Origin: Macrostomum lignano
Taxonomy: Eukaryota
Length of the DNA: 64,000 nt
Direction: 5' to 3'
NCBI GenBank assembly: GCA_002269645.1
Contig: NIVC01002250.1
Location: 84,133 to 148,132, forward strand
Part shown: positions 24,620-40,256 of the stretch, piece after piece
Position numbering within the stretch: position 1 is the first letter of the stretch
How the letters are laid out: each line of letters opens with the position of its first letter
The notes under the pieces: generated by a model
The model's input: the letters and a program-made list of their open reading frames with translations, nothing else
What the model was told of the DNA's origin: nothing
Databases searched by the model: none
Program-made: the position numbers and the translations under genes

Positions 24620-26420
24620 AGGACGACCACACCACAGCCTGTGCTGAAGCGGCCCCTGAAGCGGCCCCTGCCGCGGGGCATCCGCACGCCGAACCCAGTG
24701 GCCCGCCGCCGGCAACGTCAGACGCCCCGACTATGGATCCTCCCGTCTCATCCCCGATCACTGCCTCGTCATCTGCTGCACCTCTCATCGACGTCTTCCA
24801 CGACTGCGATGATGCAGCAGAATCAGTTGCTCATACAACAGCTCACCGCTAATACCCATCCTGCCCCGACATCAGCATCGTCGTCCGCTGCGACTGAGCG
24901 CGATCCAGCCGCTCTCATCCGATCCAATGTCCTTCAGATGTCCGACATTCGACGGCACGTACCCTGCCGCATTCTCCAGGTTTTGGGACGCTTTCCTCTA
25001 CAGCGTCGACCAATCCAGTCTCAACAACGTCGACAAGTTCGAGGCACTCCGCGGTCTCCTATCCGGCCCCGCCCTCAGAAAGCTATGCGCCCTCGACACC
25101 TGCGAACCCAACGCCTACGCCGAGGCCTGCCGCGTCCTCCAGGCAAACTACGCCGACGCCCAGGAGCAGAAGAACACCTGCTTCCAATGCCTCCTCGCAC
25201 TATTCTGCTGCTCCGCCTCCGATTTAGACGAGCTCGAGATCTCCGCCGCCAACAGCGCCCTACCCAGTGATCGAAGCCAGTCCACCACTTCTCGCGCGGG
25301 CGCCAACCCATCGACTCGTCCCTCAGAATGCTTCGCTCACACCTCCAACCAGCAGCTGCATAAGCCCAGACGCCCATCCTACTGTATATTGCGACAGCTC
25401 CGACCATGCCACCATGTCTGCTGCAACATTCGCAAGCCCGATGACCGGCTTAAAATAGTTCGGAACAAGAACCTTTGCCGCAACTGCCTTCGCCGACACC
25501 ACACCAGGGACTGCCGCGACAACCGGTGCTGTCTACGTGCGATGCCCCACACCAAGCTCACCTAAGAAAGGCCAAACGCCCACGTTAATTCAGGTGTTGA
25601 CGCTGACTCCAAAGAGGCAGCCAACTCCCTAGTCTCTGCCGCAGCCTACGGAGACCTCGTGCCGATCATCATGGCTGCCTTCCGGGCCGCTCGGTCGACT
25701 GCACAATTCTTCTCGACTCAGGCTGCTCATACTCGCAACTCGACGGCAGTCCAGGCGTCAGATTACTGCGGATCTCGGCCGTCGCTGAACAATCACAGCC
25801 CTTACCTCCGACTAGCTAGCAGCCCCTATCCATATACCGGCCGTTAAGCTCCCTGAAGATGTCCTTAACACCCTCGACAGTGTCAACAACGGCGTCTGCA
25901 ACCTTCCACCCAACCACGATACAGACGGTACCCTCGACCGCATTCTCGGTGGCGACTTGAACCAGTTACTCATCAGCCCTGTCGTTCCTGCCCTCGCTTT
26001 TTGACCGACTCTACCGGCCTACCTGACGCCCTTCGGAGCCATCCTCAACGGTGCTGTCACTGACACGGGTACCCGCAGCATCAATAGCTTCCTCGGATCC
26101 TCGCAGGCCTCTCAGGTCCTCGTCGCTAACACCTACCTCAAAATCAACAACGATAACCTTCGCTTCAAGCGGCTCCCCGATCGCATGACTGACCTCAAGT
26201 GCTCGGCATCGCGAAGGACGCTGGAAAAACATGGCCTCAAAGACGACGAGCTGACGACGCCTTCTCGCGTCCATTACCAGTGACTCCGATTGCCACCTCT
26301 CCGTCTACCTGCCATTCAAAGACGGCAATGCACTTCTTCCATCAAACTTCGGCCAGGCCTTTTGGCCTTTCCTCAGGCTACTCACCGACGTCGTATGAGC
26401 CTTCCCGAGCGCGACTAGAG
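24620..26420 (+). mobile_element. Degenerate BEL/Pao LTR-retrotransposon gag-protease fragment
   Basis: CPTFDG..FSRFWDAF..DKFEALRGLLSGPA (DUF1759-like gag), LCRNCLRRHHTRDC zinc knuckle, ILLDSG aspartic-protease motif near 25705 and LTPFGAILNG. Multiple frameshifts and stops; no LTR pair seen. Confidence 0.82.
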
Positions 26421-27844
26421 GGTCCTGAAAAAAACACAATGAAAAAAATTAAACTCAAAATAACGCAGGCCAAGGTTTCAAAACACAGCAGTTTTTTTTA
26501 AATTGAATCATGAAATCAACATTTGTCTACGGTTAAAATGTACAATTTTAATATGGCCAAACGGGTATAAATAGATTATAGTTCCGTTTATTTTAGTCTA
26601 TAGTCTGAAGCATAAGCTTCAGTCAAGATCGAGTCCTCTCTTCTTTTGCTTCAGACCAAAGAAATAAATAACCGGTAATAACCTATAATATATATTTACA
26701 TATATACAGAATTCTGTATTTTCAGAATTCTGTATTTCCGAAGCCAGCACAAGCCAGCACGCACAGGTACGAATACAATTAGTAGTGCGACTGCCCCACA
26801 GACTCTGGCGGAATCCAACAACACCTTGTTTGGTAACTGCACACACGCTATGCTGCTGTTTTACAAGTGGCTCGCATAATAACGCATTTCTATATTCCAT
26901 TGACAAGGCAGGAGTTTGAGTTTCTCCTATATTTACAGCTCTTGCATGCATGCATAGTTAGTTAGGCAACCGCCTGGTTCGGTCGGTCACGGCTCCCAGG
27001 AAATGCACATGTATATTAAAGCGCTCGTTCCGCTTCAGAGAGCACGCTGCTGCAACCAATGTGCTACAGGTAGGTTCCCCCTTCCCTGGCTGCAATTTCA
27101 CTTGCTTTCGAAAAAGAAATTTTCTGATTTGCTAAAGCCAAACTCATTTGCATGCACCTTTTTATTTGAAGGCCGCAACTCTACCAAAAGTCGGAACTGT
27201 TTCGCATTCCCGAGGTAGCGAAAGAATCCATAGCGACTTTGACTACTCCTTCGAAGACTTCACGACATTAGTCGCTTTAACGACTAATCCAGGTAAGATA
27301 GTGATCAATTCGATATTTTATTATAAAAATATAAAAAGCCTGGTAAATTTATTGACAGGTAGCGATTTACCTGAATTGATAAGAAGCATGCCACTTATTA
27401 GCCTAGAGCTAAAAGGAATCAATCAAGCAAAGATTAAGGCTTTTAATTATTCTGGGTCATCGAAATTTCTAATTCTTCTTAAATAACAAAAAAAATAATA
27501 CTTGTTTCTTTTTTAGAAGCTTTGGGCTTTGAAAGCAATTTTTAACCAAATTTGCATCAATTAGTTATAAATTAATCTCCATACAGATGGTACATTAGCA
27601 TAGATAGAACGCTTTTCTAGAGATTTTAAAGATTCTGCTTCAGTTTACGTTGTTTAACCTTCAATTAAAAAAATTTTTAAAGTAGGTCACATTTTTTGTT
27701 TAAATTAATTAAATTGCAGACAAAGAGAAGTAGACACCAAGGGTAACGGAGTTGGGTAAGCATTTTTATTTCATATTGTGCGTTTCGGGCACTATTTCTA
27801 TATGCATTTTGCGGACGTTTGTAACGCTAAACAAATTCATAGCC

Positions 27845-29326
<1,482 letters not shown>

Positions 29327-29950
29327 GAAATCGCTAAAATGCTTGGAAGAAAAAAATGATCTCGGCTGACTGACCAGAGTAACGAAATCTATACAACCTT
29401 AGCAGAGACTTTTTTCCTTGAGTTTTTTCACGAGCTTAAAAGAAATAGATTTATGACAATTAGCTCGTAGCTCGTAGCCCGCATTGGGCGAGAAACTTGT
29501 ACTGCTTGAGTATGACGTGAGATAATTGACTAGGAAAAGTTTTTAGTGTCTGCATGTGTGACGAAATTGCAAATTGTACTCTAGCTTAAGCTTTAGGCAA
29601 CTTACCTAAGTTGCCGCTACGCTCGTACATGTAATTTCTGTCAATTTCCAAAGATCAATTTCCAACTCACTTGTCCTACTAGTGAATCAGAATTTACCGA
29701 GGCCCCCAAGGGGGGAAACGAATGTGCTAGTCCTCGTATACTAAATGATAATAGTAATAATGATGAAGTTCTTGCAACAACAATAAATAAAAGGTCAAAA
29801 AACAGGGTTGGGAGGTCCCTCAATAGTGGGAATGCTAAAACTTACCTTATTCGAAACTGCGATATTGTGAGATTGAAAAATATTGCCAGCTCCGTAATGC
29901 TATCTGTATCTGATGTGTTTCTGTTGTATTTTCGCCGCCTGACAGGCACC

Positions 29951-32900
29951 ATGCCTGGCGCCGGGGCGGGCAATGGCCACCTCGAAGGCTCAAGGAAAAG
30001 CAGCTCAGACCAGGACTTGTACGCATTTCTGGCTGACTGCGAGCTGGAGCACTACTACACAGCCATGGTGCACTCGCTGAAAGTTACCGGAGTAGCCCAG
30101 CTGAAGTACGTTGAAGACCCCGATCTGGCCAGCATCGGCCTGACCAATCCGGAGATGCGCCGGCTTCGGAAGCAGTTCCGGCTCCGGTGTCCACAATCTG
30201 CCGTGGACCGGCTTCGCCTGCGGCTGGCCAGGGCGCGCGGCCTCCAGCCCAGACAACGACCGTCGGCGACGCCCGAAGCCGAGTTCAGTCGAGTTAGTAG
30301 CCGAAACTCGCGTCTCATTCCGAGATATCAACTTCAGCTGGGCAGGCAGATTGGGGAGGGTGACTTCGCCAGAGTACACCAGGCCGTTTGGCGGCCCACT
30401 GGCGATCGCGGCCTCTGGCTCCAGGTAAGCCATGTAAAACGGGCTGCAAGTGGTTTTTAGGCATCGAAGAGTAATCTGAACAATTACAGACAACCAATTT
30501 AGTTTCGTAGTTTCATGTGATTCGCTTAGTTAATAGGGCGCGGCTTTGTTGTTATAGCATCGTGGTCTGTTGATGTATGCCCGTGCAGCCAGTGGACCTC
30601 CCAGAAGCCGTTGCACAGCTTCGGTCACTTCCTGGCGTCTTTTGCTGGCGATCGAAAGTAGCGGCGTGCGTTGTCTAATCATCAGCTTCTAGCCGAGCTC
30701 TGACGACTGCTGAATTTTAATTTTAGCCTCCCTTGCTGCGTCTTCCATCCGCTGTCGAGCCCGGCTGGGAGTGTTTCGCTCGCGCCACTGACTCCGATGT
30801 CCTCGTGCTGGCGTCTCCTTGACCGAGTCGCCTGCGCCAGCCGTGTCATGCCTAACCACCAGAATTTCCTCTGCAGCCGGTCGATGGACTTACTTCGGCC
30901 GAATTGACCCTGGCGAACTCAACTGATGATCTGCTGCCGAAGTGGTGCAGATACAACGATATTTCTGCAACAACGATCTTGCTGCCCCTGAGCAGCACGC
31001 CTTCAAGCATCCAGAGCTCTCCCTTGAGCGAGTCGAAGCTGCCGGGCTGGGCTGTAGCGCAGGAGCGTCAGTTGCTAGTCGCCAGTTTTGAGACTTGACT
31101 TTTGGTGTGGACTTGACAGTTTTGAGCTGCTCTAGCAATACTCTGTCCTGGGCTGGTTGCTCGTATTTTAGAGCATCGGTCGCCTCTCTGACCAGTGCCT
31201 GGGCCTGCGTCCCCAGACTTAGCAGCTGCAGCGTTGTTGACTGTTAAAGTCGCACAGCCGAGCACGCTAGTGCTCCTCCCTGGGACGATGTAAAGATGGC
31301 GCGCTGGACCATTGAGCCGACCGAACGAAACCTGCAGACTCCCAGAGTCTCAGAGGTTTTGCTGAACGAAATCAGAAGATCCTATTTGTTGTCGACTGCA
31401 GACCTGGGGGTCCCGGGAATTTTCACCAGGCTGCCTCGGTGAAGATGTTACAGTCGGCGCTAGAGTCGCTTCAACCAGCACTGTGGCAAGAGGACGCTGC
31501 CGCGGCTTCGTCGGAGACCATCACTGTCAGACAGAAGGCGTCGTCCTCTGCAGCTGAACTGTCGCTTCTGGCCCATAGAGCTCGCACATCCTCCGACTAG
31601 AAAAGGAAGGCATTGGCGGGCGATTTGGCTTGGCTTGCCGCATCGGTTTCAGAACTTGCCGAATTCGTCACAGCGAATGCACTTTGGCTGCGTGCGATCG
31701 GCTGTCTGTGTGGCTGATCTGTGCGGCTGCTCTGGCGGGCTGGACTCGCGCTTCCGCGCCTCCGCTGCCTCCGTGGTCTTGCCTGGCCCAGGTCTCAGCA
31801 GCCTCCTGCGGATCTGTTGGGAGCTACAGCCGGTAATCAACTAATCAGCGATTAGTGACTTCCGAAGGCTTTCGAATTTATAGTAGACCGCGGTATCGTT
31901 GAGTCGCCTCAGCCAGTCGTCCAGGGATTCTCTGGTCTGAATGCTGGATCTACAGCCGAAACTGATAGCGAGTGAAGGGCAGTTTGAGCTGGCTGATGGA
32001 GTGCTCATTGAGAGCATTTACAAGCTTGTCGGCGTCATCACCGGCGTCCAGTTTCAATGGCCTGTAGGTCCTCGCCCGATGTTTAGAACAGGAGTTGGCG
32101 CCGTCGCTTCTGGTCAGAGATGTCAGCGGCTGCGGTGAACAGCTGGAACTGAGCCAGCCAATTGCTTCACTTTGTATGCGCCGCTTGGGGCTCTTCGCAC
32201 GAGTCCAATGGGGGCGGGTAGAAGTTGGCCTCTCATGGCCGTATATTCGAATACGTACGCAGGTACACACTCACACAGGGTAACGGCGGCTTCGACCTTC
32301 TTGTTGTTTGACGTGTGTAGTTTGCAGATTGGTACTCACGAGAGTAGCATGAGTTGCACAAAAAAACCACAGCGCGAAGATCGAGCCTAGGAACTTTGGC
32401 GCAAGGAGCCAGACGTGTCACTCCGGTGTCTCTATGCTTCTACTTTAAGTAATATATAGCAAAATTTCACCACAGGTGGCAGCAAAGGTCTTTGTCAAGG
32501 CCCGACTCGTTGAGATTAATGGTGACACTTTCGATGCTGTGACTAACTTTCTAAGCGAGGCTGCCAAGCTCTGCGACATCGAGCATCGAAGCTTGACGCG
32601 TATGTTTGGCGTGTGCGAGCTCAGCGATGATAGTCTGGCGCTGGTCACGGAACTTGCGCCCCTGAGGTATCAATCTATTGCTTAACTTATAAATTAAATC
32701 GTCAAACGATTGATAATAATTGCCATTCAATAAAAAGGTCTCTACTCGAGTGCATCCGTGAGCCGGCCCTGCGACCCAGTTTTCATCCCGGCGTACTGTG
32801 CGACGCTGCCCAGCATATTGCGGAGGGCATGTCCTATTTGGAGAACCGGCAGATTGTCCATCGGGACCTGACGGCGCGCAATATCCTGGTTTTCAGCTCG

Positions 32901-35156
32901 TGCCGCGTGAAGATTTGCGACACCGGGGTCAGCAGAGCGATGGGACTTGGACAAGAGTACTACCAGGTGGGTTGTTTCAACTGTCTGACTAATTTGAGAC
33001 TTTTTAGCCCTGGGGTTCTTTATGTTCTGTGAGACTGTTTTGTATCCTGTCAATTTGGTTTTTGATCTGTCGGACTTGTTTTTAATCTGCCAGACTGGTT
33101 TACTAAAACGATTCTCACTTGCAATTCCGATGCTGAACCGCAGGCGAATCTCAGCCCCAGCCTAAAACTTCCCGCGGCCTGGTGCGCCCCTGAATGCGTG
33201 AAGCGCCAGGTCTTCACTTCGGCCTCCGACGTCTGGTCCTACGGCGTCCTCTTGTGGGAGATTTTCACCTACGGCTTCCAGCCGTGGGCCGGCCTCACCA
33301 AGCAGCAGATCCTAGCTGCGGTGGACGAGCCTCAACTCGGTCGACTGAACTGCCCGGATGCGTGTCCGGCCGAGCACTATGCCCTTATGCTGCGCTGCTG
33401 GTCTCCCGAGCCGTCAGCTCGGCCAAAGTTTGCCGAATTGGCTGCCCACCTACCGAAGATTATTCCAGAGCGAATGACGGCCCTGCGCGACTGCGTTGAC
33501 GAGGACGAGGGTGAAGGCGACGACAACGGCGAGTCAGATGAAAGATTTTTGCACTTCTCTGCTGGCGACTGTGTTCTAGTGCTGGACAAGAAGGTCGGCG
33601 AAGGACTCTGGCGTGGCATTAGGCTAGCCGGCGGCGGGTCCGGACTCTTCCGGCCCTGGCTAATGAAGACGCAGGACCTGACGCAGTCTGCGGCAACGAC
33701 CGACAGCGAAGGTAAGTTTGATCGTAGACACCAAAATCCTGTTATAATGGCTATTTTTACGAAAGGTAAATACATGGAACAGATATAAAGATACCTGGGT
33801 AGCTGCAAGGTGGCTAGATGGGGCAGACAAAGGTGCATTCAAAAGTTATTGTGAATCTTGTAAAATATGTTTTCTTGAATAGTGCTGACTATTTGCGATA
33901 AACTGGCGGAGACAGAGCACAAAGCATCAAAGCAAGGACGTTTCGGATTGGGGCATAAAATTAAATCTAATTTGGTTTGCCTTAAGTGGGATGGCTTCGT
34001 TAGGCTTTACTTTATTACTTTACTTTAGGATTAACAAAATTGCTATCATTTAGCTCGGGCAAAATCGACTTTGAAAAATCGGAATCGTCGGCACAGCCAC
34101 TCCGCTGCGACGTTGATATCCGATCCGCAATCGTTCCGACACGTTGGACACGTCGGCATCAACGGGGCCGTGTTCGGCGACGTCGGATTGCTGGCTGAGT
34201 TCAACGAAGCAATGACGGCGGCGAACGCTTCTAGGGAAAGACGAAACGACGGAGCTACGTCGCCTGTAGACAACGGCGACGAGCTGCACTTGGGTAGGTG
34301 CTGAAGGGAATGCAACCATTTTTGATCTGTCGGTTGGTAGATTCCACTGCCTTCCCTAAACTCGTAAGTTGGTAAGAGTAACCCTCATCTAGGCAAATTT
34401 TGGGGAATTTATTTGTTAGCCTTCATTATGATATGTCTTTTTATTATTTTACTCGTATGATCAAAAGGACAGATTCATCGTCTTGTCGCTTCCAGTCGTC
34501 CATACTAAACCAGCAAGGCCGTTTATAATTTTTATAAGTTTATTCTACTACCCTATATAGCATGTATACGCTCGTAGTATTGAATAATCGTATTTATATT
34601 TGAGCTACACTACGAGTATATGCACTATAATATATTATCTATATAAAAAGTTCAGGTTTTTATTGTATAGAAGTACACGAAATCTGTATACATAAGATGT
34701 TATCGCTTGATAAATATCGGAAAACTTGCATATTATACACCGATGTTTGTTGGAAACTTTTGGTGTAGCCATCCATGTTTTGGTTCAGTGTGGTTGCCTG
34801 CATTTAACAGTGTAGCAAGCGGCAATTTCCCCAACTCTCCCACTGATACAGACCTGGGAAACTCACTACTGGACGAAATGTTAAACTACTGGCACACCGA
34901 CTGCACCAAAGGCGAAGGCGACAGCTCGACGATCGACCCACTCGACGAGTGCCCAGGCGAAACGGATGCCGAAGCAGCAGCCGTCGACGTTCCTGAAGCG
35001 AGGCGACCTCGCGTCGACTCCAACGTGTCCAGCCTGGTCAGCTCTCTGGCCGACGAGGTTCCAGTCGCCGCAGGACCCGCTGGAAGCGCCAATGATCGTA
35101 GGAGGTGCTCGTCTTTACTAGCGATACCATCGACCACGGGTCGACTTCACTTTCCT

Positions 35157-35192
<36 letters not shown>

Positions 35193-36441
35193 AAGCAACA
35201 ACAGCAACAGTCTCCAGTGCAGAAGCAAACAAGCAATACCGAAAATCAAGGCCAACAGCTGCAACAACAGCAGAAGAAGTACCTTCAACAGCAGCCATCA
35301 ACTCTGAGGTCGCTGCGGCCGAAGGAGGCATTCCGAGCTCCACTGGGCGCTCGTCCGCCGCCAAAGCCAGTACGGCCGCTTGAGCCGAATGGCAGCCCGT
35401 GGGGCTCCGCGTTCAACGTCAGCCTTGATGCGCCCGGAGTCGCTGCCGCCAGGTGAGATATGGATGGGACGGGGGTGTCCATCGGGGACTGGCTCTTTGT
35501 TGGTTTCATTTGAATTCAAAACATATCAAAATTTGACATGCCACTCTTTTTGTCTCCATGGTCACACTTATGCTGCTCGAAAAAAACACAATTGATTCCC
35601 AGACAACCAAGGAGTTTGAAATCAAATTAAAAGGTTGAGTTTATGTAACAGAGATATTTTTCATTCCTGTAACCCTCCACCCAAAGTGACGGCAGCGCAC
35701 TAAGTAGTACGCACTGGATGGCCCAAACCAAACTATGATACGTGAGACTCGCATTCTAAAATTGCGCTTGTCTTGCTCAGCTTTGGAGTTTGTTACGCTC
35801 GTAGAGGTCACTACGGTGCCACTTAAAACGCATGCAGTCTTCTCTTTTGCTTGCTATCATTGTCCACACTCGCCCTTCGTGCTGCGAGCCTGCCTGCTCC
35901 CGGAGGTGAGCTCGAAATCTTCTTTGCTTGCTAAGCTCGCAGGTCAACCAGTTCGGTCGGTCTAATTCAAGTGTTCAGCTGAGTGGAGCTGCTCCAGTTC
36001 TCTATCTTCGGTCAGCTGGTCCATGGCGCTGAACTAAGCTTAAAAATTTTTTTTGCACTTCTTATTAGATGCCATCGCTTCGAGACTTTAGCATTGCTTG
36101 TTTGAAAATATTTATACATTGAATTGAAAAGCTCTTGAATCGAACAGCTAGTTGGTAGCTACTACTTAAGTAGTCATTCATGCTGGCTACATATTTTTTG
36201 CCTCCCATTTTAAACCTGCGGCTTCCTCTGTTCGTTCCAGCTCCACGCCGACCCAAGCGTGCACCGACGATGCATGGATGGAGAAGCCGCAGAATTGGAA
36301 CGACTACGATACGGAGGTGAGACTCGCATTGCATGTAGCTACTTAGAGTAGCATCAGCTGCATTCTCTAAACTGCTCGTTCTCGTACTCAACTGTTCTTA
36401 CCTTTCAGGGTGGAGAATACGACGAGATTGTGAACTTGTGA
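29951..36441 (+). CDS. TNK2: Ack/TNK2-like non-receptor tyrosine kinase (SAM-kinase-SH3-CRIB), 8 exons (29951-30424, 32476-32666, 32738-32966, 33144-33711, 34054-34293, 34852-35452, 36241-36316, 36409-36441), about 803 aa
   Basis: N-terminal SAM (LYAFLADCELEHYY), GEGDFA loop, VAAK, HRDLTARN, WCAPEC, SDVWSYGV, an SH3-like segment (GDCVLVLDK..WRG) and CRIB ISDPQSFRHVGHVG. All introns are GT-AG with matching phases; total 2412 nt. The last two small exons are less certain, and orthology within the Ack family is untested. Confidence 0.9.
30550..32270 (-). mobile_element. Degenerate Ty3/Gypsy gag(-protease) relic, antisense within kinase intron 1
   Basis: ALNEHSISQLKLPFTRYQF, ESLDDWLRRL, LIAD*LITGCSSQQIRRRLL and the CIRCDEFGKF*NRC knuckle follow the Gypsy gag motif order, with stops and frameshifts. 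The left boundary is approximate. Confidence 0.7.
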
Positions 36442-36677
36442 ACTTTTAATAGTTTCTTTCTAAACATACTGTTTTTTGCATCTCGATTGTTGTGTTGTGG
36501 CACATCGCTTATATTCGAGGACTCGGTCGATTTTTGATTAATTAAAGCGTCTCTCTTCCTGATTCATTGCACTTTTACAATGCACTTTGTGCTAACATAT
36601 TAATTTTGATAAACTGATCGTCAAAAACACCAAGTAACTCTAACTAACACTGCTAAAGCCGGGTTATCAAAACGAGC

Positions 36678-36683
36678 AATAAA
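36678..36683 (+). terminator. Candidate polyadenylation signal of the kinase gene
   Basis: AATAAA about 240 nt after the predicted stop, in AT-rich sequence. Confidence 0.35.
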
Positions 36684-38254
36684 TCTTTTGTAACGCTTTT
36701 CTTATCGAATAAGTCAATTTTGATAACTGAATTCGATTATTCTTTGTGAAAAAACCCGTGCAGCAATCCGACGTTGGCAAATGGGTACTTTTACATTGCA
36801 TCGACGTTTGACTGACGTGTAGCATCACGCCGGTGGACGTCGGAGTATTGCACGGTGGAAGGACAACAGAACGCAGCGCTCTTGACAGACTAAAAAGACT
36901 GCTGCGTTTTAAACAAAACTATCTCTCTAAGAAGTTCCTTCACGTGGATAATCCATATTCCTTCTTCCACTGCTTTTATCAATCAGCAAAGCCCGTGAGG
37001 CTTCCCTCCGGGCTGGAGGCAGCGCAGGATTTGTTTATTCAAGGTTGGTCGGCGGTGCGGCTTCGTTGCTCTGGCCAGCGCTGGGCCTGGAGCCGCCACT
37101 TCACTCGTCAATGAGGAGAGAATCTGAAAAAAGCTGCTTACTCCTAGGCGAGGGAGCGACTGGATAAAGTGGGGGTTGATAGATCATTTCTATTCGGTCG
37201 ATGGGACCAGAGCGGGAGACAGCGGCGGAAATAGGCTTAGATTTGCTGGGGGGAATTGTAAAGATGAGGATGTGGGAAGTTTCCCGGAACAATAATAAGC
37301 TTCGGGCGCTGATTTCGGCTGGCTGAGAGTGGTTATGAGGAAAATGCGGTCCACGGGGAGGTTATTCCCCGTCAATCCACTGGGGAACTGATGGAATTCT
37401 GAACTGAACACAGAGGCATTTTGGTCTAAATATTTGACGCACATCCTGCCTAAACTGCTGCAGTTGCACTTTAACTGGGATTGTAAATCAAGGAATTAAC
37501 TATCCACTTGAGTAATCATATTTTCTTGCAAAAAGCGATTACAAAACATACATGTAGGACAAGATCATTTGAAACTCGGTTTCACAAGTTTGTCAACTTA
37601 GATTTGAAACAGAAATTCTTCAAGATTCAATAGGAAGTTATAAGTTCTGTTCGTCCCTGTATTTTAGTAATTAGTTGAAGACGTTTTTAACTTTGCTGCA
37701 TGGATTAAACATGCCTCTATCGCTCTCCGCTTCATTTAGTTTGCTACGCTTCAGACCAACCAATCAGAATTCGCCAACATTGTGATCCGAGCATTGCAAA
37801 ACTCCTCCATCCTTGATAGGAGCTTAGTGATAGATAGACTAGTATTGGGTGGTTCGAGTCTCAGTGACTCTCGATACGTATCGTCTAGAATCCCTCCGGA
37901 TCCTGATCTAAGCCTGGATTAACTGCATATCAGTTTACGAACTATTGGAGACCGAATAGCCGAATTCTGTTCAAGCAAATCTCCAACTGATCTTCCATCA
38001 TCACACTTTTGGTAAGTTCGAGGTAGGCAGCATTGACCTAGAATTGCAGTACGAGTGTGATAGGAAAAATGCGGTGCTTTTTTGTAGAAGTTTTGTTCCC
38101 ATTATTGATTAATGAGCTACCATCTGATACGAGCTAATTTGTGGCGTCGACATGAATCGCACGTCTCAGAACGGTTGCATCATTCTCCAATACCATTGAG
38201 AACCTCTCAGAACAGTTGCATCATCCTTCAGTACCATTGAGAACGGCCGTTGCT

Positions 38255-39195
38255 ATGGGACATCTGGTGTCTGTGAGTACCGTGTGACATGTTGGACATC
38301 TGGTGTCTGTGAGTACCGTGTGACATGCTGGACACCTGGTGTCTGTGAGTACCGTGTGACATGTTGGACACCTGGTGTCTGTGAGTACCGTGTGACATGT
38401 TGGACAACTGGTGTCTGTGAGTACCGTGTGACATGTTGGACACCTGGTGTCTGTGAGTACCGTGTGATATATTGGGACACCTGGTGTCTGTGAGTACCGT
38501 GTGACATGCTGGACACCTGGTGTCTGTGAGTACCGTGTGACATGCTGGACACCTGGTGTCTGTGAGTACCGTGTGACATGTTGGACACCTGGTGTCTGTG
38601 AGTACCGTGTGACATGTTGGACACTGCAGTGTCTGTGAGTACCGTGTGACATGTTGGACACTGCAGTGTCTGTGAGTACCGTGTGACATGCTGGACACCT
38701 GGTGTCTGTGAGTACTGTGTGACATGTTGGACACCTGGTGTCTGTGAGTACCGTGTGGACATGTTGGACACCTGGTGTCTGTGAGTACCGTGTGATATGT
38801 TGGACATCTGGTGTCTGTGAGTACCGTGTGATATATTGGGACACCTGGTGTCTGTGAGTACCGTGTGACATGTTGGACACTTGGTGTCTGTGAGTACCGT
38901 GTGACATGTTGGACACCTGGTGTCTGTGAGTACCGTGTGACATGTTGGACACCTGGTGTCTGTGAGTACCGTGTGATATATTGGGACACCTGGTGTCTGT
39001 GAGTACCGTGTAACATGTTGGACATCTGGTGTCTGTGAGTACCGTGTGATATATTGGGACACCTGGTGTCTGTGAGTACCGTGTGATATATTGGGACACC
39101 TGGTGTCTGTGAGTACCGTGTAACATATTGGACACCTGGTGTCTGTAAATTACCTGAAGGGATATGCTATAAAACATTAGGACACCTGGTTTTCT
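38255..39195. repeat. About 36-nt minisatellite (CTGGTGTCTGTGAGTACCGTGTGACATGTTGGACAC)
   Basis: Visible array; it explains three overlapping spurious ORFs. Confidence 0.97.
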
Positions 39196-40256
39196 AAGTT
39201 ACCTATGCAGAGTGGCCCCGTAAGAAGTTGTCTTTAACAGCTGAAGTCCTAAAACTTGCTTTAACGCCTCAAAGTGCATGTTTTTCTGGTCAAAAAGCTC
39301 AAAGATGTATAGAGTGTGATACCCAGCTAGCGGCGGCTCATCCATGGCCCAGCAGTATCGCTCGGCTCGCGCTAAAAAGAAACTTTTTTACCATCGAAAA
39401 AAGTTAATCATCTTCGTGCCGAGGGGATTGCGGGAAGGGGAAAGGCCTGAGAGAGGCTGCAGCGTGGGAGCGGAGCACGGCGCAACAGAATCTGGTCTCT
39501 TGCCACAGCCGACCAGTTGGTTCGGAAATGAAGGAGGAGCCGCCGAGCTCGAGCCGCGGCACAAATTCCCGGATCGCTTCATCATCCGCCAATTTGGCCG
39601 AGAGAGGAGAGACTGGGCGAGGCCAGGAACGGATCAAGGAGACCTCAAACGAGGAATCTGGAACTACCCAATCCAAACAGTCTGATCAGCCTACACACAC
39701 GTATACAAAACGGACAAATCATCAATTTTGTTCTGGCGAACGATGTTTTAAAAAATGTTTTAATTTCATCTTGCACTGAAAATCATGGGGATTCCGACAG
39801 ACGGCTTGGCTGTAGAGTTTACAACTCCAGATTCCTCGTTCACGGTGTCCTTGGCGTAGGCTGGCCGCCAGCGGCAATCAAGGCAAATTTGGCGTCGCCA
39901 GAAGAGACGAGAAGACCGGCCGGCGGCGAGTCAGGGGATAACGAACTCAAATCCATGCGATGGGAAAATAGCTGACGGGATCAACAGGCGCACGGACTGC
40001 GGCTTAGTACAATCTGTAGGGCCTGGATTTTGCGCACTCTGGACTGCTTAGACCTGCAATAACGGGGCATTTCATCGGGGCAGTCAACTGACGGACTCTC
40101 CAATATTGAAGATCGGAGTCCCTGAAACCTCACTAGTTCGACACTTACATGCTCTAGTGAAGCACCCCTTTAATTAACAATTTTGTTTAAATCTTGCATA
40201 ATTCCTCGATTTTTAAACGTCCGAGAAAGACCTGACGCCCTCCACCATTTCCACAG

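Noticed and set aside
27148-27486. 112-aa ORF with plausible internal splice sites, possibly upstream exons of the M13 relic
   Set aside because: No recognisable motif, and I could not join it in frame to the downstream piece.
36900-37460. Faint resemblance to a LINE RNase H/3' region on the minus strand; also examined as possible missing aquaporin exons
   Set aside because: Only a few residues match, several stops intervene, and no NPA or transmembrane pattern is present.
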